Position numbers and translations under genes: made by a program. Below the pieces are notes generated by a model. The model ran no database searches. It was not told the DNA's origin and was given only the letters and a program-made list of their open reading frames with translations. Below are positions 48,342-54,339 of a stretch of 54,339 nucleotides of DNA, piece after piece. This DNA comes from Moniliella sp. 'wahieum' (lineage: Eukaryota): positions 124,001-178,339 of the forward strand of contig RSEE01000125.1 in NCBI GenBank assembly GCA_003971905.1, written 5' to 3'. The first letter of the stretch is position 1. Every line of letters begins with the position of its first letter.

Positions 48342-49204
48342 CTTTCCCTTGCGCACTTTGTACCCCTCTACCCCTGTTTTCTCGTGCACATGCCCCGCAA
48401 CATGTCCAGCTAACTCTCTCGGTCTGGTATGCGTGCCGTTACCTGTTAGGAAGAACTATCACCTACGCGGCCTATGATAGAAGTAGGAAGCCGATCGGAA
48501 CGAGGAGAGGACAGTACCTTACAGCATATACTCAGAGTAATCCATTGCCCCTTTTTTTCCAGCTGGGTAATCATTTCCCCTTCCTTCCCCCCCCTTCTAT
48601 GCTTTTGGCCTGTAATGGTGGCCATTTCGACGGTTCTCACGACGCTTCTTAGCGCACGAGCTCATGGATCCGTTTTTCTTCTCCACATGTGCCGTGTACC
48701 TAACAACTACATAGCATATGCTGAAGGAGGAGTGGAATGGAGGATGTGGTTCTGAGGAGAGGTACAGGAGGCTATGAGAAGGGTAGGGCCTTATATAGAC
48801 GAGAGTACCGCGGAGCTGAGGAAGCTTCCGGGCGGATAAGGGGTGATGACTATCACGCAGGATGGCGTGATTGGGGCATCGCCCCAACAGCATACGCAAT
48901 ACGCACCGCATATGCTCATCGGTGAGACTCAGCTCGCCCAATCGTCGCCCAATTCATCCGACCCTCCAGGTTCCGCCCGTTGCCCGGTTTGTCCATTCGG
49001 CTGAGCCACGCTCCAAGCGTTTACCATTATGCGTTACGCCCAGAGCGCCGAGCCCTTTCCTGTCGCCTTGGTGTTTCAACGTTCAACTACGTTCATACCA
49101 ACAAGGAAATGTGCCAACGTGAGCTTACAAGAGAGTGGAGCAGGCCTACAAGTCACGCAGTCCTTTCGCCTTTTCCGCGTGCAGTCAATGTGGTGCACGC
49201 ATGG

Positions 49205-51880
49205 CTGCCTGAGGCCTGACATGTCATCACATGATTATGATGCTTGAAGCTTGACGCGTGACGTGACATATGACAGGGCTGCCTCGCGGTTCAGGCTGAA
49301 CAAAGAAGAGTGCCATCTGTTAACAGTATTACCGAATCTCGTAGTGCGGACGAGGGGGAACAGGGGGGGGGTGGTCACCGGTCACCTGGGGTCACTAGCT
49401 CCGTAAAGAGTATCCTGGGCAGAAAGGAGGAGAAAACGTTATTGTGACAATGAACAGGTACCGGTAAAACTATGCTGCCCCACCGCCACCCCTCCCCGAG
49501 ACGCACGCTGCGTTCAGGAATATTAGCAGGTACCCGGGGTACCGCACTACCGTACCTGCCTATACCGATGCGAGGCGGTCGAGCAGGGCACGAAATAGAC
49601 GCTTTCCGTTGTCATCAACGGTATGTACTTGCAAGAAAAGCCACACAAGGCCACAACACACTCAAACAAAAGCGAATCGGGTCTCTTGGGCCCGTTGATC
49701 GATCATATATCATAGATCATCGATCTCATCCCCATCCGTTACGCGAGTTACGTATCATCGTGCCATATAGTGGCGAAATAGTCAAGAAGACAAGGCCCCG
49801 GGAATGCCAGGGAGAACAAGACTTCAACACTCAAGTACTCCATTGAGGGCTCTCGTCCAGCGTTCTCAGCCACCTATGATAAAATGCTCAGCGCTCGCAC
49901 CCGCGCAGTCCGAACAATCCCATTCCACACCACTGCACTCTGCCATGTTTCTCCGCCCGAGTGGCAAAAAAGGGCCAGACTGTATTAGACATCGATGATG
50001 CATCGTGGGAGACGATCCATGCACAGATCACAATGCATCATGTGCATATCCCACGAGCCATGCGTCTTCTCAGTCGGTGGTGCGCAGTCTTGCGCTACTG
50101 TATTATGATCTGATCTAAGACTCCTGTGAGCGCGCGCCTGAAGCTTGAAGCGTGTAGCTTGAAGCTTGAAGCTTGAAGAACTGTGACATGTGAGACGCTT
50201 ACGGTCCTGTTGCACGGCTACTGTGAAGAGTGCTAATGCAAATAGCACACAGTAGCAAAATGCCTTCATTCGAGGCATGTGGCTGCCGATCCGTCGGTTT
50301 TGCCACCCATATACACATCGTTGCATCATACTTCCTCTCAGCCTAAGTGCCTCATCGAATGAATTGTCCGTCGTGGCAGTGCCGTAGCAAGGCAACCCAA
50401 CGATCACAGTCAACCAGTGCTTCGGCCCAACCACAGCAGCTCAATTTCAAACGGCATTTACAATGTGTGGGCGCCAATGGGGTCGGCCGGTCCGGGTGGT
50501 CGAAGTCATCGCACATGCTATATGCATCCCTCTGTCTGCTACTGCCATGTCTCGTGCCAAAGACAAGGGCAGAGTGGCTGGATATGTAACAGAGAGGGCT
50601 GTTACATACGTAACTTGGCCCGAAAAAGCCTACTCCGGCGAACCAAGGTGGACTGGTGTTGGTTTTGGTGCACCTAAGTTCGTAGCTACTTCCAAGAAGC
50701 GTTGGGCGAATATCAATCGCCTTGTAGCACCGGCCAAGAGATGTCGCATGTTTTTACCTTAGAATCTCAGAGGCCTTGGTTGGCATGATGCATGAGCCAT
50801 GAGCTCTTGAACCACCAGACGCCGAGAGAGTTTGTTTTTCTGTTTGTTCTAGCGTATCATATATCATTGCCGGTTTGGATTATATGAATGAATCACAATA
50901 AAGTGCACCGCCATGCCATGGTGGCGGTCGTGCTCTTCATCATCGAAATCACAATGCATTGCCCGTACCTGCCTTGCCTTCCCAGGGCAGCGCAGTTGTG
51001 ACCACATTGAATGTGTGCCGCAAGAGCCGAGAAGGATAAGATCTAAGAGACGACCGTAGTAGTCCGTCAAAACATGTCATGCACACTTTGAAGTATGCAT
51101 TCCAATCTATCTCTTCCCCCACGCAACAAACGGTGAAAAGCATACGTATATTTCTTCTGCATTGGGCCGCCTGTTAACAGGTGGATATAGGATAGCTCTG
51201 GATGCGGTGGCAAAAAACGGATACCCGTGGCCTTGGAAGCCTTTTTGGAACGGAAGAATGTGACATGTGACATGTGACGGCGGTGGATGCGTCCATGGAA
51301 GGCCGACACCTCGGGTGGCTTGTGCCCCCACGCCTCAGAAGCTCGTCGTCCTCGCAGGATGAGCATGATGTATGATCAACGATGCATGATATATGAACGC
51401 GTGAGTTGCCTAAGCGCCCCGTGCCTGAGTGATGGGGCCGACGAGGCTGGCACCCTGAGGAATTTCCCATTTCACACAATCAAGCCCATTTACTTTTGTG
51501 CCTGCGTTGTGTCTTCTGTGACATTGTGACATGCGGGAGCCATCACATACTATGACTTTCGTCACGCGTAACAACTGCTGCTAGAACCCAATTCTACTAC
51601 TTCTTCCTTTGCTGTTGCCAGCCTATATACCAGAAGAAGACCACGAAAAGGCGAGAGAGAGAGACCCGTGGGCATCTCGCAGGCGCCTGTCATAGCTACC
51701 ACCAGTTCTCATGCATGTAGAACGGAAGGATTAATGATCAATGATTCAAGAGATATCCACACCGGTACACCGTGTACTCATGCAACAGACGAACCAACAT
51801 ACAGATCCGAGAGTGGATGCCACGGCCGAGCACATTGTCAGCGCGATCAGCTGAGCGCATTGAGCTCAGCCTGAGCGCTC
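49205..51880. repeat. Dispersed heptamer arrays in the gene-poor tail
   Basis: TGA-CGCG-TGA 49252-49261; TCA-CCGG-TCA 49375-49384; (TGAAGCT)2TGA 50160-50176; (TGACATG)2TGA 51261-51277; TGAGCGC/TGAGC run about 51852-51881. Confidence 0.85.
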
Positions 51881-53109
51881 AGGTTGTGGGCACAGCACAG
51901 AACGTATATAGAACGCTCATCGATCATCTCAGGCACTGCGCGCAATGCGAAACGATGTGGTGTATGGAGAGAAAGCTGCTGAGTGAGTGCAGTGGACTAT
52001 AACCATCCGATGATTACTAACGTTAATGTGGGGGCAGGTTCGCAGTTCTGAGTACCGAGGCACAGTCGAGAGGACGCCGGGTAGCCAAGTACAAACCGCA
52101 AAAGGAAAAGGGGGGCGCAATAGAGGGAACACATGGCGGAGCGTATAGTAAGTGTGGCGCCCACGATCCAAGTGGGTCTCGCGTGTGCAAATTTATTGCC
52201 AACATCACACCCATGGAAATGCTTCTGAACTTGTGAAAGAGGAATCTCAGTACTCAGGGGCGAAGATGAGTGGCGATTAGAGGCGATGAGAGGCGATGAT
52301 GAGGTTCTCAGATCAGGCCAGCGTGGTTAGCGGGTATGGTCAGCACCTATATTGAGTCGTGGGAGTTGGACATTCTGAGGCCTTCTAAGGCTCCCCCTTC
52401 GCGCTTCTCTTGGTCTCCTAAGGCCTTCCCAGGATTCTACGGGTTCTTTCGGCTTCCTCCTCGCGCCGCATCAACTTTTAAGCTGATGAGAGGGCCTCAA
52501 CCATCTCATCTCACCCGTATCCAGTCCCTTCAGAGGGCCCCAGATGATCTTCGACGATCTCTTTCCCGCTAAATGCTCTTTTCCGGGTCAGGCATGCAGA
52601 CCAGGCTCACCGAGGGCACACTCCCACTCACTCCGGCCACTGCTTCGACCGCGCGTCCGTCGTAGTCGCATGCAACGACGATTATCTTGTCAGTAAGTAC
52701 ATGCGCGCACGTCTGTACCAAACACGCAGACACGAAAAAATATATCACCCCGCCTATTAATACCTTTTCTTCTAATACACACCGCACGTGCGTCATTCAT
52801 CCTTGCCTTCTCCAGACGGAGGGGGTATATCGATTGGCATTGGGGTCTGGGACCCTGCTGGTGTCGGAGGAATGGGGAGGATCGAGTTGGAGGGGCATTG
52901 TGGACGCTGGAATGAAGAGATGTGAGTGAAGTACTGAAGCTTGAAGCAGCAAGAGTCGTTTGGGTATAGTAGAGGGGAGAGATGAGACATGGTATCAGCT
53001 TAGCGCATGAGCTGCTGCCAGATATCGGGTTTCGATTACCTAAGAAACACGTTAGTTGCTCGTTGCTAGTTTATCAAGCTGCTAGCTGGGTGGCTGAACA
53101 AAGTCGCCG

Positions 53110-53820
53110 TTTCCATGTCACATGCGTGTCACAAGTTGTATGCTGCCACACAGTCACATGTCACCTTCTGTCACAGTCATCACAGTGACTAATGACTAGA
53201 AGCTAACTGCCTAAACGTATTGACTAGCGGAATGACTGAGTGACTTGACCGGTGCCGGGGACGCGTCACGTCACGCAAACCACAGTGTCCTGTCGCAATA
53301 ATAAGCTTTCCCACTCATATAGGAACAGGAACAGGTCACTAGGTCACTAGCTTCAAGCTTCACTAGTCCTAGTCAACGTTATTGTGAAGAACACCGGTCA
53401 CTGGTCACCGGCCATTGTTAGTAATTAGTAACTAGTAATCTAGTACTGGGTACGTACTCTGTAGAAAGGCTACCGGCTACCGGTTACCGGTTACCGGCAA
53501 CTAGTCACTAGCTAGTCAGTCACTCGCTTAGCGCAGCGCTGGCGCTGAACCTCACTCGTTGCTGAGCAGACCGGTGACCGTGACCTTACCAGACAGGGAT
53601 GAAATCTGAGATCTGGGAGATGGCTATGGAGCGGTGCAGAAGGGTGCCCCGACCGCCGAACCCCAGCCTGTCGTGGAAAACGCACGGAAGTACTTACTTG
53701 GGTGCAAGCTATATACGCAGGTGTTTTATTACTCGCCTGGCAGCCTGAGATCAGAACGTGTGAACGTGTGAACGTTGTGAACGCACAGATTGAATGTTCA
53801 ACGTGTTCAACGTTCAATAG
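53110..53820. repeat. Dense mosaic of quasi-palindromic heptamer arrays
   Basis: GTCAC/GTGAC, TCACTAG, TCAAGCT, TCACCGG, TAACTAG, (TACCGGY)4 53471-53497, TGAGATC and TGAACGT/TCAACGT units are packed within about 700 bp. Confidence 0.85.
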
Positions 53821-54339
53821 CATCTTTCACAGTAGACCTGCAAACGTAAGCAAGCCCCTGTAGGCTGTCCATTAACCATTGTGAGCCTGACGGACCAGGC
53901 TGCCCCCGGCTGCCCGCTGGCCAATGCTTGTTTGGATGCCAGGGGCGAGCGCGGTGGTAGGGTTTGCTGGGCCTTGGCCCTCCAGCCTCGGGCCGCACGT
54001 AGGCCTCGGCCAGCGGTTCGCCCTGGCGTACTGCATGCGTTGCCACGCCGCTGCAATCCTGAACCATGATCGGTTGATCATGCATCTTGGCACCCAGCAC
54101 ACTGATCACTGGTCATACTCAGCGTCACGCGTCACTCATCCTGCGGGTCGGATCTCAGACCTCAGACAGCCCGGCAGCACTAGGCGTACTGGCATACTGG
54201 CGGGGCTACGTACGGTTCGAACAGCCCTGGGGCCTGGGGCCTGGCTGCCCTATCTTCTGGCCCTACGCGGGGCGGAAGCGCAGCAGTGCTTGCTTGGTCC
54301 AGTACTGTGGTGCGCGTGCCGACCCTCCAGAGCGCACGG

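Noticed and set aside
3600..53820. CRISPR array or restriction-site cloning artefact as an explanation for the palindromic repeats
   Set aside because: There is no repeat-spacer structure or cas gene, the context is eukaryotic, and the units are degenerate, dispersed and embedded in native intergenic DNA rather than a polylinker.

Overview
GC-rich eukaryotic nuclear DNA. Short GT-AG introns with GTACGT/GTGCGT/GTATGT donors and CTRAC branch points point to a basidiomycete fungus, possibly Ustilaginomycotina (inference). Recognisable genes in order: class I cAMP phosphodiesterase (-, 3' end outside the window), SmE (+), signal peptidase subunit SPC3 (-), a divergent malate dehydrogenase paralog (+), ERV29/SURF4 (-), three hypothetical genes, VAM6/VPS39 (+), MTQ2 methyltransferase (+), a two-HKD phospholipase D-superfamily gene (+), a Pho84/PHS-family MFS transporter (+), an ARN/SIT-type siderophore transporter (-), an RS/RD-rich protein (-), UBR1 (-) and TRS33/TRAPPC6 (+). 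A roughly 6 kb gene-poor tail follows. Most long genes are broken by single-base losses in short runs, which look like unpolished long-read errors, so the gene models were stitched by eye. Two observations stand out. (1) The MDH paralog keeps its catalytic residues but carries a cofactor-switch signature (LYDIAH to LYSRNH) and has lost the malate-specificity Arg (PRKPG to AFRPG), suggesting an NADP(H)-preferring 2-hydroxyacid dehydrogenase with a new substrate. (2) The intergenic DNA is full of heptamer micro-arrays that follow one rule, T(G/C)A plus a 4-bp palindrome, with at least 13 of the 16 possible palindromic cores represented.
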